This document shows, one piece after another, positions 51,098 to 64,000 of a DNA stretch of 64,000 nucleotides (positions are counted from its first letter, which is position 1; each line of letters begins with the position of its first letter). Source of the DNA: the human T2T-CHM13v2.0 reference genome, Homo sapiens; NCBI RefSeq assembly GCF_009914755.1, contig NC_060932.1; one strand, written 5' to 3'. The translations under genes were made by a program, and so were the position numbers. The notes below the pieces were generated by a model. That model was not told the DNA's origin. It saw only the letters and a program-made list of their open reading frames with translations, and did no database searches.

Positions 51098-52606
51098 TCG
51101 TATGCTTTTTCCCTTTTTGATTGACCTAGGTCATGGACAGCCACTTAGAGAGTTGAATATATTTGGAGAAAGCATGTCCTGGGGTTAAGAGGTCATAAAT
51201 AAAATCCATGATAAGAGGAATCTATCTTAATTTTTCTCATTTCCATTTTCTGTTCATTCACTCAGGTCCTAGGCATGTCTTAATTTTTTTTTCCACATTT
51301 TTTTCTCTTTAGTTCCAAGTGTCTACCTCTTTCTCTATAAAATGTAGATTGTTCTTCCTCCTTTTTGCCTTATTAATTTCCATTAATCCATGAGACTTCA
51401 ACCAATGCTTGGTGGGAAATTTCTCCACATCCTTGACTGCAGTATTACCCTTGATATTGCAGGACAGTCTAATTGACATGAATGTTGCATTTACTTATTC
51501 TGAGGCATGAGTGATTGACAAGGCACAGTACAGAGGCCTCACAGTCAGGTTTTCTTGTGAGAGGTAAGATAGGTAAGGGAGAGAATCCATACTGAGTATG
51601 TAATATACATAAGTAGTTTTCTATATATTCATGTAAAATAGGTCTCACAATGACACTGTGAAGTCAATTCTGTCACCCTCCCCCAACCTGTGTAGTTAAG
51701 AACACTGGAACTCAAATAAGTGGCCTAGGTCAAAGGAAGCCCAAATCCCAGGCAGGAGGGAAGTTGTTTTTCACCAGAAGAAGATAAAATTGTTTCTAGT
51801 GTCAGGAATGGGGAGTTAAAGTTTGTTCCTGCTGTAGAAGAGAGATTTTGAGTGAAAAACCTATTCAAGCAATGAGTGCAAATATGTTCTTCTCCTTTGT
51901 TACTGGATCACCCTCACTCATGATGCTGAAGCCCCTGGTTTCAAGTAAAGCAATAATCCTGTGAAACAGTGATTTTATGGAATAAAAAAATGTAGTCTAG
52001 TTGGAGACAATTACTATGCATTTGCTCATTGTCAAGTTCTTGAGGGAATTTCAGTTTCAAGTTAAAACCAAGGTAGGAAACTTTGATCTGTGGATATGGG
52101 CCCCCCTGAGACAGGGCTGTAGTGGCCATGTAAGGAGTGCCAGAGAGCAGGGTATAGTTATGGCAAAGGTGGCAACTTCCTACTTTTCCCAAAATGTCTC
52201 ACCTATTTAGTCATAGCTATCTTTCACTCAGGAAACCCATTCAGGTTTATGCTCAGATTTCACTTTCACCAAAAATTGCTGGGACTTAGGCAAAGCAAAA
52301 ATAGTAGCTCCCATTTGACTGATGAGAAAAATGATGTCAAAAGAATTTTAAAGGCTTCCTAAAGGAATAAAAATTTGCAACTGTGACCCAAATCCAGAAG
52401 TTTTGGCCAGAAATGTATTGTGGTTTTTATGTTATGCAAAAGGGAATAATGATAAAAGAAGGCTTTAAATTGAATTTAATTAAAAATTATATAAATTTGA
52501 TATAAAAAAGGCAAATGTGAATCTATCTTTAAAAATATTAACATTAAATATGAATGGACTAAACAATTTATTCAAAAGGCAAATATGTAAGATTGAAAAT
52601 AAGAGG

Positions 52607-54414
52607 TTTTTTTTAATTATACTTTAAGTTCTGGGATACAAGTGCAGAACGTGCAGGTTTGTTACATACGTATACATGTGCCTTGGTGGTTTGCTGCACT
52701 TATCAACCTGTCATCTACATTAGGTATTTCTCCTAATGCTATTCCTCCCTTAACCTCCTACCCCCGGACAGGCCCTGGTGTATGATGGTCCCCTCCCTGC
52801 GTCCATGTGTTCTCATTGCTCAGCTCCCACTTATGAGTGAGAACATGCAGTTTTTGGTTTTCTGTTCCTGTGTTAGTTTGCTGAGAATGATGATTTCCAG
52901 CTTCATCCATGTCCCTGCAAAGGACATGAACTCATCCTTTTTTATGGCTGCAAAGTATTCCATGATGTTTATGTTCCACATTTTCTTTATCCAGTATATA
53001 ATTGACAGGCATTTGGGTTGGTTCCAAGTCTTTGCTATTGTAAACAGTGCTGCAATAAACATAAGTTTACATGTGTCTTTATAGTAGAATGACTTATAAT
53101 CCTTTGGGTATATACCCAGTAATGGGATTGCTGGGTCAAATGGTATTTCTGGTTCTAGATCCTTGAGGAATTGCCACACTGTCTTCCACAATGGTTGAAC
53201 TAATTTACACTCCCATCAACAGTGTTAAAGCATTCCTATTTCTCCACATCCTCTCCAGCATCTGTTGTTCCCTGACTTTTTAATAATCGACATTCTAACT
53301 GGAGTGAGATGGTATCTCATTGTGGTTTTGATTTGCATTTCCCTAATGACCAGTGATGATGAGCTTTTTTTCATATGTTTGTTGGACCCATAAATGTCTT
53401 CTTTTGAGAAGTGTCTGTTCATATCCTTTGCCCACTTTTCAATGGGGTGTTTTTTTTCTTGTAAATTTGTTTGAGTTCTTTGTAGATTCTGAATATTAGT
53501 CCTTTGTCAGATGGATAGATTGCAAAAATTTTCTCCCATTCTTTAGGTTGCCTTTTCACTATGATAATGGTTTCTTTTGCTGTGCAGAAGCTCTTTAGTT
53601 TAATTAGATCCCATTTGTCAATTTTGGCTTTTGTTGCCATTGCTTTTGGTGTTTCAGTCATGAGGTCTTTGCCCATGACTATGTCCTGAATGGTATTGCC
53701 TATGTTTTCTTGTAGGGTTTTTATGGTTTTAGGTCTTACGTTTAAGTCTCTAATCCATCTTGAGTTAATTTTTATGTAAGGTGTCAGGAAGGGGTCCAGT
53801 TTCAGTTTTTTGCATATGGTTAGTGAGTTTTCCCAACACCATTTACTTAATAGGGAATCTTTTCCCCATTGCTTGTTTTTGTCAGGTTTATTAAAGATCA
53901 GATGGCTGTAGATGTGTGGTGTTAAGTCTGAGGCCTCTGTTCTGTTCCATTGGTCTACATATCTGTTTTGGCCACATAAATGTCTGATTTATTTATTTAA
54001 CTGGTTTATTCATGGCTGCATAAATAAACCAGTACCATGCTGTTTTGGTTACTGTAGCCTTGTAGAATAGTTTGAAGTCAGGTAGCATGATGCCTCCAGC
54101 TTTTTTCTTTTTGCTTAGGATTGTCTTGGCTATACGGGCTCTTTTTTAGTTCCATATGAAATTAAAGTAGTTTTTTCTAATTCTGTGAAGAAAGTCGCTG
54201 GTAGCTTGATGGGGATAGCATTGAATCTATGAATTTCTTTGGGCGGTATGGCCATTTTCATGACAGTGATTCTTCCTATCCATGAGCATGGAATGTTTTG
54301 CCATTTGTTTATGTTTTCTCTTATTTCATTGAGCAGTGGTTTGTAGTTCTCCTTGAAGAGGTCCTTCACATTTCTTGTAAGTTGTAGTCTTAGGTATTTT
54401 ATTCTCTTTGTAGC
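52607..54414 (-). mobile_element. 5'-truncated L1PA (PA7/8-like), 1.8 kb
   Basis: Minus-strand ORF2 C-terminal fragments (ORFs 52820-53191, 53225-53422, 53419-53676, 54130-54423); 3'UTR TTATACTTTAAGTTCTGGGATAC; TSD AAGAGG (52601-52606, 54415-54420). Confidence 0.9.
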
Positions 54415-54420
54415 AAGAGG

Positions 54421-56791
54421 CAATTAAATCTTGTCCAAAGGAAATATGCTTTATTCAAACATACAAAAGACTGAAAACAAAAAACATTAAGATGCTATAG
54501 TACACAAATAGCAACCAGAGAAAGCCTGAAAGGACTACATTAATATCAGACAAAAATTGTTTTCAAATCTAAAAAAAGTAAAAGAAAAAAATTTGTTAAG
54601 AGGAATATTTTATAAGACTAAAATAATAAATTAATCAGAAAGATATGATCAGTGTAAAAATACATGTACTAACAACAAAGTCCCTAAAACTCAAAGCAAA
54701 AAATTAATAGAAATTAAAAAAATAAATATACAATTAAACAATAGTAGTTACAGATTTCAATACCTGACTTCAATAATGGATAGAACAAACAGATTAACAA
54801 GGATATGGAAGACTTGAACAACACTGTGAACCAACTAGACTTAACAGAGGTTTCTAGATCACTTCATTCAATAGCAGTAGAATATACATTTTCTCCAAGC
54901 ACACACAAAGCATTTTCTAAGATAGACTATATTCTAGATTATAAAACAAGCCTCAATAAATTTACAAGAGTTGAAATAAAATAAAATGTTCTCTCAGACC
55001 ACAATAAATGAAATTAAAAATCAACAGAAGGAAATCTGGGACACTGACAAGTATCTGGAAATAACACACTACTAAATAAGCAATGGGTCCAAGAGGAATT
55101 TACAAAAGAAACTAGAAAGTATTTTGAGGTAGATGTGGCATGCCAAAACTTAGAGCATGCCGAAAAAGTAGTGTTTCAAGGGAAATTTATAGCTGTAAAC
55201 AGCTAGACAGAAAAAGGAGAGAGAGCTCAAATTAATAACCTAATCTTCCACCTTAAGAAACTAGTAAAAGAAAAGTAAAATAAATCTATGAACAGAAGAT
55301 GGAAAAAAATAATGAACAGAGTGGGAATTAATTAATAGAGAAGAGAATAGCAATAGAGAAACAATGAAACCAGAAATTCATTCTTTCAAAAGATGAACAG
55401 AATTGAAAGACTTCAGCTAGATTGATCATCATAAACAAAGAAGACTCAAACTACTAAAATCATAAATAAAAAAGGGATATTACTACTGACCTCACAGAAA
55501 TTTCTTTGCATATAAGAAAATATTATAAACCATTGTATACAAACTAATTAGATAAGTTATATGAAATGTATACATTCATAGAAAGACACAAATTACAAAA
55601 ATGGACTCATAAAAAATAAGACAATCTGATTACACTTATAACAAGTAAAGACATTAAATTAGTAACGATAAAACTTTTTATGCAGAAAAGCCCAAGGTCA
55701 AAGAGCCTCACTGGTGAATTTCACCAAACATGTAAAGAAAAATTACTACCAATCCTTCACTAATGCTTCAAAAATAGAAGCGAGAACACTTCCTAATTCA
55801 TTCTATGAGAAATATTATCCAGGTATCAAAATCAGACAAGACATTACAAGAAAAGAAAACTACACGTCCATGTTAATTATTAATATAAATGCTAAAATTC
55901 TCAACAAAACTAGCAAATCAAATCCAGCAACATACAAAAATGGTCATACATTATGACCAAATAGGACTTATCCCAGAATGCAAGCTTAGTTTAACATCTG
56001 AAAATCAATGTAGTATATCACATCAACAGAATTAAGGACACACACAAAAAATACACGATTGTCTCAACTGAAACAATAAAAAATCTTTTCACAAAATTCA
56101 ACATCTTTTCATGATAAATGCAGTTAACAAAATAGTAATAAAAGGAACTTCCTGAGTCTCATAAAGGGCATTTATTAAAAACCTATAGCTAACATTACAC
56201 TTAATAGTGAAAGACTGGATGCTTTTTCCCTAAGATTCAGAACAAGACAGACATGTCTACTTTCATCACTTGTATTCAACATTGTACTAAAAGTTCTAGC
56301 CAGTGCAATTAGGTATGAAAAAGAAATAAAAGTAATCTATGTTAGAAAGTAAAAAGTAAAACAACCTTTATTTGCACATGAAATGATCTTGTATAGAGAA
56401 AAATTCTAAAAATTACATCTAATCTATTATAGTTTAACAGGTACTTTATCAAGATTATAACAAGATTAACATATAAAAATGTATTCCATTTCTAAACACT
56501 AGCAATTCATAATCCAAAAATGAAATTTGAAAACAATTCCATAACATCAAAAGGAGTAAAATATTTATGATGAACATTAACAAAAGAGAATAAAGTACTT
56601 AGAATTAAATTAACAAAAGAAATGCAAGACTTGTACACAGAAAACTACCAAACATCACTAAAAAAAGAAAAGATCTAATAACTGGAGAAACATTCCATAT
56701 CCTTGGGCCAGAACATTTAGTATTGTAAAAATGGCAATACTCTTTAACTTGATTTACACATTCAATGCAAGTACTATTAATCATCACAGCT

Positions 56792-56827
<36 letters not shown>

Positions 56828-58185
56828 CAATTGACAAAATTTATATGAAAAGTCAAGGGACCCAGAATAACCAAAACAATCTTGAAAAAAGAAAGTAGGA
56901 AGACTCAAAATTTCCATTTCAAAAACTTAACTACAAATCTATAGTTATCAAGATAATGTGATACTGGCATAAGGCTAGACATAAAGATCCATGGAATAGA
57001 TTTGAGAATGCACTGATAAACATTTAATTTAATGTCAAGCGATTTTTGACAGGAATGCCAAGACAATCTAACGTGAAATGAATAGTCTGCTCAACAAATA
57101 GTATTGAAGCAACTGGATAGATGTATCCAAAAGAATGAATTGGATCCCTACTTTACACAATGTAAAAAAATAAATTCAAAATGGATTATAGAACTTAATG
57201 TAAGGGCTTATAAAATTCTAAGAAGAAAACATAGAAGTAAATCTTCATGATCTTGGAGCTAGATAATGGCTCCTTACATTTAAAACCTAAAATATAAGCA
57301 ATAAGAAAATAGATAAGTTGGACTGAATTAAAATTAAAAACTTTTGAGTGTAAAAGAATACATTAAGAGAATATTACAGCAATCCATAGAATGGGAAAAA
57401 ATTGCAAATCACATATGTGATAACAGGATTGTATCTGGAATACATAAAGATACAAGTATCTTACAACTTGTATCTTTATCTACAAGGATCTTATAACTCA
57501 ACAACAAAAAGACAACCTAAATAAAATATGGGCAACAATTTTGAATAGATATTTCTCTAATGAAGATACACAAATGACCAACAGCATATGAAAAGATGGC
57601 TCATATCAACAGTCTTCACAAGGAAGTCTTCACCCCCACTAAGGTGACTAGAATCAAAATAACAAGCAATAACAAGCATCTCTGCATTGGCAAGGATGCA
57701 GAGAAATTAGAACCCATGTATATATAAAAAGTGGTTCATCCGATTTGAAAATTGTTTGTCAGTTTATCAAAATGTTAAACCTAGAAATGCTGTATGTTCC
57801 AGCAATGCTACACCTAAATACATAACCACACAAAATGAAAATATATGTGCACACAAATCATGTACATGAATGTTCATAGGAGCATTATTCACAATAGCCA
57901 AAAAGTACAACTCAAATGTCCATCAACTGAGGAATGAATGAATAAAATGTGGTATAGTCTTACAATGGAATATTATTTGACAATAGGAAGGAATGATGCT
58001 CTGATACATGCCATAAGATGGATGATCCTTGAAAATTTTATGCTAAATAAAAGAATTAAGTCATGAAATACCTCAAATTGTATGATTTTATTTTATGTAA
58101 GGGCAAGAATAGGCAAATCTGTAGATACAGAAAGTAGATTGGTGGTTGCCTGTGGTGAGGTATGTGGGGCTGTAGTGGGGGTAAG
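54421..58185 (+). mobile_element. Old L1 (L1MB-like) ORF2 and 3'UTR; starts near 52480 upstream of the L1PA insertion
   Basis: EN region (GATTTCAATACC, TCAGACCACAAT), RT region (ENYTSMLININAKILNK, TTTGCACATGAAATGATC), 3'UTR GATACAGAAAGTAGATTGGTGGTTGCC. Confidence 0.8.
56795..56825. repeat. (TG)15 microsatellite
   Basis: Direct reading. Confidence 0.95.
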
Positions 58186-58188
58186 TTG

Positions 58189-58325
58189 AATAGAACTTTC
58201 TTCAGTGATGGAACTGTTTATATCTGTGCTGTCGACTATACTAGCTGCTAGCCACATGTGACTAATATGCATTTGAAATGTGGCTAGTACACCTGAGGAC
58301 CTAATATTTAATTATTTAATATTTA
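58189..58325 (+). mobile_element. MER3 (hAT-Charlie) fragment
   Basis: AATAGAACTTTC..GATGGAACTG..CTAGCCACATGTG..TTGAAATGTGGCTAGT. Confidence 0.7.
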
Positions 58326-58904
58326 ATGATCTCCTTGCTTATGCCCCATGGCAAGGTATACCAAAATTTGAGAATTTTCTTCTTCAGCAAAAGAACACTT
58401 TTTTTTTTTTTTTTTTGGAATTCAGAGTTCTGAAAGGGAGCGAGTCAATTTTCCCAAGGATTCCACATCAAGGAGAAGGACTAAGTCCCTAAACCATTCT
58501 CTGAGAGATCCAAATTTAGGGAAGCCGACAATGGAACTCACCAAAAGTCATGGAGAAGTAAAATGTTAATGAATGAAATTATCACGAAGAAATAAAGAAA
58601 TGAATGCCAAGAACTGACCACTTCCATGAATCAGTGAAAAGAACCTGGGAATGAAGTTTCTGAGGTTTAAGTTAGTTTCTACAGATCCCATCCCAGCTCT
58701 CCTAGGGGCAACCTGAGGAAGCCTGTTGACTAATCAAATAAGCTTTAACCTTATACAGCAATCTTGACCAGTGTTGTGTAAAACTCTTAATTGGCCATGT
58801 ATGGTATCATCTGCTCTGGAATACTACTGGAGCAGTTACATGCTCTTGGGCCTTAGCTTGAGTTATATTTCTTTGAACAAGCCCTGAACAAGTCTTCACT
58901 CCAG

Positions 58905-59232
58905 ACTGAGATTTCTCAATCTTGGTACTGCTGATACTTAGGACTAGATAATTCTTCATTGTGGAGGCTGACATGTGCTTTGTAGGACATTTAACAATAT
59001 CCCTGGTCTCTGCTTAGTAGATGTCAATAGGACCACCTGTCATGATAATCAAAATGTCTGATTTGGTCACTCCACAATGTGTGCATATATTGAAACACCA
59101 CATTGTATCCCATAAATATATATAATTATTATTTGTCAATTAAAAATAAAAATAAACAAAGAAACAAAAATGTCTCCAGATGTTATCAAATTTCCCCTGG
59201 GGGAGCAAAATGACTCCGGTTGATAACCACTG
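58905..59232 (-). mobile_element. MER20 split by a short L1MA 3' end (about 59059-59166)
   Basis: AAAATGTCTCCAGA..CCCCTGGGGGAGCAAAAT..GGTTGATAACCACTG; the L1 tail is flanked by duplicated AAAATGTCT. Confidence 0.7.
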
Positions 59233-60569
59233 CTCTAGATAGTGCTCCTTCCCCAAGGAGAGTTGGGGCCAAAATGCCAAAGCCTTATAAAGGTATCCAG
59301 CTCAGTGTGGGTTGACAAATATTTTGACAGAGGAAAAACAAGAATTTGGAACACCAAAGAAACAGAAATGTAAGTAACCAATTAGAAAACATGTGGAAGT
59401 GTTATAACAGCATGAACAAGCTCACCATAGAATCACAGAGCTAGGAGTGATTGATTCTGCCTTGAGGGAGAGGTAGGCATAGAAACAGCTTAGCAGGGAA
59501 CGTGAAATTTGATTTGGACCAAGAAGGCTGAGTGGATAAAGAGGAGAAAGGCACTGTCGGCTGGAGGACAAAGAAATGAGTAAGGGAGTGGAGTCTTGTG
59601 GATTGCAGGCAGAAGGGTGTAGATGCCGGAGAAGGAAAATGGTGGCAAATAAAGAAGCTGAGGGGGCCTATTATTATTATTTGCAGTCTTTATTTTAGTT
59701 CTTCCTTATACATAGCTCAAAGTTTGTCTCAGGCCTTGTTTATTCATTTTTCCTCATTTCCTAGTGAATGAAAAAAGTATATCAAAACCAGAAGGGACCC
59801 TTAAAGTCCATTTGACAAAATCAAGAAGGATCCAGAAAAAGAGATCAATGTGAGAGAAGAGGGGGTTTCTGTTTGAATTTCTGCCCAATAGCAGAAATAA
59901 TTTTTCTTTTTACCTCCTTTCTTTCTGTCTTCCTGATCCCTTGAGAAATTCAGACCCTCTTGAGCAAATGCTTGCTAGGGCCTAGGAAAAAGTAATCTGA
60001 ATTGGCTCTTTAGAATCTATATTTGTAGGAAAGGGTATGAAAGTTCTTCACCCATTTAAATCTGAAGGAATTTTTAATTTGGGTAATTATTTAAGAGAAT
60101 TGTTATAAAAGCACAAAAAAGCTATTTCCTGCTTTTAGGAAAGAATCACATCTGTAGTTACTTCAATGTAGAAAAAATAAGGATGGGCTTTCAAAATTTT
60201 CACAGTCTGGGTGTAGGCAAAACCTCATTTCATTTGACAACACATGTCTTTTACCTTTTAAGTGAGGACAGCGATAATTTGAGGTATAGCATTTGTTGTA
60301 TCAAGTTCTGCACTTTGATGTTTGTAATCTATGCATTGCATGTTCATTAATAATGTTTGGTGAACAGTACTACATACTGCACTTTTCTGCATTGTGGAGT
60401 ACACAGAAAAAAAAAACAAGATATGGCTCTTAATGTTTAGAAACCCACAATATTTGATTTTTGGATAATAATGCTGTATACTGTATGATTGCACCCATTT
60501 TGTAACAGAAGATAGGTCAGATAAATTTAAATATTTAAAAATATTCAACTATATTTAGGGACAGAAAAG

Positions 60570-60770
60570 AGGCAGTGTAGAGCAGGTATTAAAATCACTT
60601 TAAAAGCCAGATTCAATCTTGGCTTCTCTGCTTATACAATTTGTAACTCATTGCTTAACCTTGTCAAACCTCAGTGCCCACATTTACAATGTGAGGATGT
60701 TAATACCATTTATCTCCTGAGACTATGGTCAGAATAAATTGACATAATCCATGTAATGTATTTAAATGAA
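60570..60770 (+). mobile_element. MIR
   Basis: GAGGCAGTGTAG..TTGCTTAACCTTGTCAAACCTCAGT..CACATTTACAATGTGAGGAT. Confidence 0.55.
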
Positions 60771-60789
60771 TACTATCTTGTTTATTTGT

Positions 60790-63280
60790 CATACCTAGTA
60801 CGGCAGCTCCAATTTGAGTCACTACTTGGTTAAGCTTACAATAATCCACTGTCTTTCTTCAAGATGCATCTGTCTTCTCTACAAGTCACAAAAGGGAGTT
60901 GAAAGGAGATGTGGTGGGAATCACCATCCCTGCATCTTCCAAGTCTTTGATGGCGGGACTAATGTCTGCAATTTCTCTAGGAATGCCATATTTCTTTTGA
61001 GTTACTAATTTCCTAGGGGGAGGCAGTTCTAATGGCTTGTACTTGGCCTATTCCACCATAATAGCCCTCACTCCACAGTTCAGGGAACCAATGTGGCAAT
61101 TATATGAGTTGATGCACATCTGGAACTGGTGAAACAACCACAAGATGAGTTTGGGGACTCTGTGTGTCCACTGTGAGTCAGATCTGAGCTTAAACTTCAC
61201 TGATCATCTGACCTACGTACTCTCAATATTACTCTGATTGGAGGGCCACAGTGATGTTTTGGGTTTTCTGGAACAAGTGTCAGTACAGAGCCACTGTCCA
61301 GTAGTCCCTGAAAGGTCTGATGGTTTTTCCCAATGCACAATTACCCTGGAAGAAGGCTGGGAGAAACATAAACAGTATACATTTTTTGGTAGTGTACTGG
61401 GTTTCTTTTTCGAGGGGATGCAGGCTCCCTTTCATTCAAAGGGTTCTGGGACTGTAAAGTACCTCAAGTCTGGAAATTAATTCAGCGGGCGTGACTGTTT
61501 TTTACTACTCAAATTAGATTCTTGTTCACTTGTACTAAAACTTTTCTGCCTATACGTGTCAGGTAGTAACCTAATAGACTTACTATCTATTTCACTTCTC
61601 AGAATACCATGATTAACCGGCTGATGCCACAGGTCTATATGAGTCAGACTCTGATTGCTGCTTTGACTCTGTTGTCCATTAGAGAAACGACACCCACCTT
61701 GTCTTTGGCAATTGGGTGCTATCACTTAGCTGCTACCACCCCAGGATCAGATTGCTCCCATTGCATTTGGCTTTTCCAATCAAATAGCTGGGATTCCCAT
61801 GGAAAGACCTGGCCTTCAAAGAAGAATGATTGCTGTGTTCTTAAAGGATACTGAGGCTCTCTATACAAATTTATTTTGCAAAGTATTAATTAGGGGTATT
61901 CAGTGCAGAGAATTTTGCATTTCTATAAACAGTTTACTCCATGAACTATCAGTGTTCTTTTAACTAATGGAAATAGCCATTTGGTATGTCTTATGGCCTC
62001 TCCTGGTGTAGGTATTTATTAAATGACAAATCTACTCTAACATTCCAGTCTCTTTAAGCCTTTGAATCCCTTCCTTAAAATTAAGCCAAAGAAGGTCAGG
62101 CGTTTCCAATTTGCTTATGGTGGGACACCTTTTGATTCATGTTTTAGCCAACCAACCAACCAAACTGTTAGAGCCCTTTCTAACTTTGTGAGATACAACA
62201 TTAAATGCAGACTTTCTGCTTAGTGAGCCCACATCAATATTTTCAAACTGATCGAACTTTCTATTCTTTCCATAATTATCCCACAACCTTAATATCCATT
62301 CCCATACATGTTCCTTGATTTTCTACTTATGTAAATTAAATAACTCAAGTAGTTCTTTTGGACTTTGTACCTCACCTTTGGGGGTCTGCTGGGATTTGAG
62401 TCTAGTTATAAGTCTAGAAGCAAAGACAGGTGCTGGGAGTGGGTCGGGGGGGGGGGGGGAAATCAGCATGTCTTGCATGGTAACTGCTTCAGGTATGGCT
62501 ATAACTATAAATATTTCCTTAGGCAATGCAGGTTTAGTTCCCTAACATGGAGGTGAAAAGGCCAATACCACTGTGGGTGGGGAGGGCACTATCCACCAGG
62601 GGTGGGGAATGCCACTGCTGTGTCAGAGAAGACTCATCAGAATGTAGGAGCTAAATGTTCCCAGCTTCATCAGTGTCTTCACACATGTCCTCCTCCTAAC
62701 TTATATTATCCCATTCTTTCTCAATTAATGCCCTTACTTTAATAGCAGACACCTTGTGAGACTGAAAGCTCAACTTTAAATTTCAATTCAGCCAATTGCA
62801 GGATGAGGTTCTGTGTTTCATTTTCTGCAATTTCAGCCCTGCAGCTACAGTAGATAAGGCTTTTCCTCAGGACACATTTAGAAATTCTAAGGTCATTTGT
62901 GCAGTGCTCGAGCTGAAAATTTGAATGCCCGAGCTCACTTTTTTCTTTCACCACTTTGTCCAGCAATATTAGAAGCAAGCAACCAATGTCATTACATTTT
63001 TGTTTTCCAAAAATGTTCAAAAGTATCATATACAGAGTCACTTGCCTTCTCACTTCTTATAAGTGATTAATTAGGGGTATTCAGTGCAGAGAATTTTGCA
63101 TTTCTATAAACAGTTTACTCCATGAACTATCAGTGCTCTTTTAACTAATGGAAATAGCCATTTGTGTCTTTAAAGAGTTTAGAAAGACAATTGCAGAAAT
63201 TTCAGAACCAATTCTGAAAATTCTCATCCTTAAAATTTTGTTACACTAGAACCTCTAAAACTACTCTTGGTACCATCATC
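60790..63280 (-). pseudogene. ERVL (HERV-L/ERVL-B4-like) internal remnant: leader, gag, pro, start of RT
   Basis: Minus strand KYKPLELPPP..IKDLEDAGMVIPTTSPFNS..TVDYCKLNQVVTQI; gag-like ORF fragments at 62323-62526 and 62739-63053. Confidence 0.75.
63258..63275 (-). promoter_or_regulatory. ERVL primer binding site, tRNA-Leu type (degenerate)
   Basis: Minus strand TGGTACCAAGAGTAGTTT, 5 nt from the LTR end, resembling the Leu PBS TGGTACCAGGAGTGG. Confidence 0.65.
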
Positions 63281-63847
63281 TGTATTAGTCAGAGTTCTCC
63301 AGAGGAATGAAACAAATAGGAGAGATAGATAGATGGATAGATAGATAGATAGATGTAGATGATAATTATAGATAAATATAGATGATGATGATGATGATGA
63401 AGATAGATAGATAGATAGATAGATAGTAGTATAATAGGGAACTTATTAGGGAAATTGGCTCATATAATTATTGAAGCTGATCCATTCCATGATCTGCCAT
63501 CTATAAGATGAAGAACCAGGAAAACCGATGATGTAATTCAGACTGAGCCTGAAGGCCTGAGAACCAGGGGTGCTGACGTTTGAGGGTCAGAGAAGATGGA
63601 TGTCCCAGATCAAACAGAGAGAGCAAATTCATCCACTCTCCATTTTATGGTTCTTTCTGGGCCCTCCCTTGACTGATTGCATAACACCTTCCCACATTGG
63701 TGAGGGTAATATTGTTTACTCAGTTGGCTCATTCAAATGTTAATGTCTTCTGGAAACAACCTCATAGACACAACCAGACATAATGTTTACCACTTATGTG
63801 GGCATCCCTTAACTCAGTCAAGTTGACACATAAAATTAATCATCATA
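63281..63847 (-). mobile_element. MLT2 (B/C-like) 5' LTR of the ERVL, containing (GATA)n/(GAT)n repeats at about 63322-63426
   Basis: TGTATTAGTCAGAGTTCTCCAGAG..CAGTCAAGTTGACACATAAAATTAATCATCA. Confidence 0.85.
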
Positions 63848-64000
63848 CTAACATAAAGTGAATTTAAAAGAAGCTGTAATCACTTTTGAGGATGGGTTTG
63901 GTGAAGGCCTGGAGTTTTCTTGCTTGACATTTTACAAAAGGTATCTTTCAAGTGCAATAAGCATTAAAGGGATCAAGTTCATAAGAAGCTGGGAACCTAC

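Overview
Primate (almost certainly human) genomic DNA. It is AT-rich and densely filled with transposable-element relics, and I find no supportable protein-coding gene, rRNA/tRNA gene or CRISPR array. The human call rests on a near-consensus AluYg6 and a BC200 retrocopy. Two defective proviruses dominate the window, each with paired LTRs and a target-site duplication (TSD). The first is a gamma-like HERV-I-group element (14179-22275) with a tRNA-Ile PBS and ATAAT TSD; its NC/PR/RT region is replaced by a GA-rich tract, and it hosts an AluS, a BC200 retrocopy and an AluYg6. The second is a beta-like HERV-K(HML-3)/MER9 element (35175-41435) with a TTCTGC TSD and dUTPase-PR-RT-RH-IN remnants. Also present are a full-length Tigger1, a 5' ERVL/MLT2 relic, many MaLR LTRs, and L1/L2/MIR/Alu/hAT fragments. 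I found no convincing new biological system. The most notable observations are: a tailless BC200 retrocopy that keeps part of the unique 3' domain; an unidentified TIR-bearing composite insertion with tandem CTCF-like motifs; a 98/99-identical 99-bp templated duplication inside ancient ERVL; and several hairpin/direct-repeat templated-insertion scars. Subfamily names come from recalled consensus sequences, not database searches, and boundaries of old repeats are approximate.
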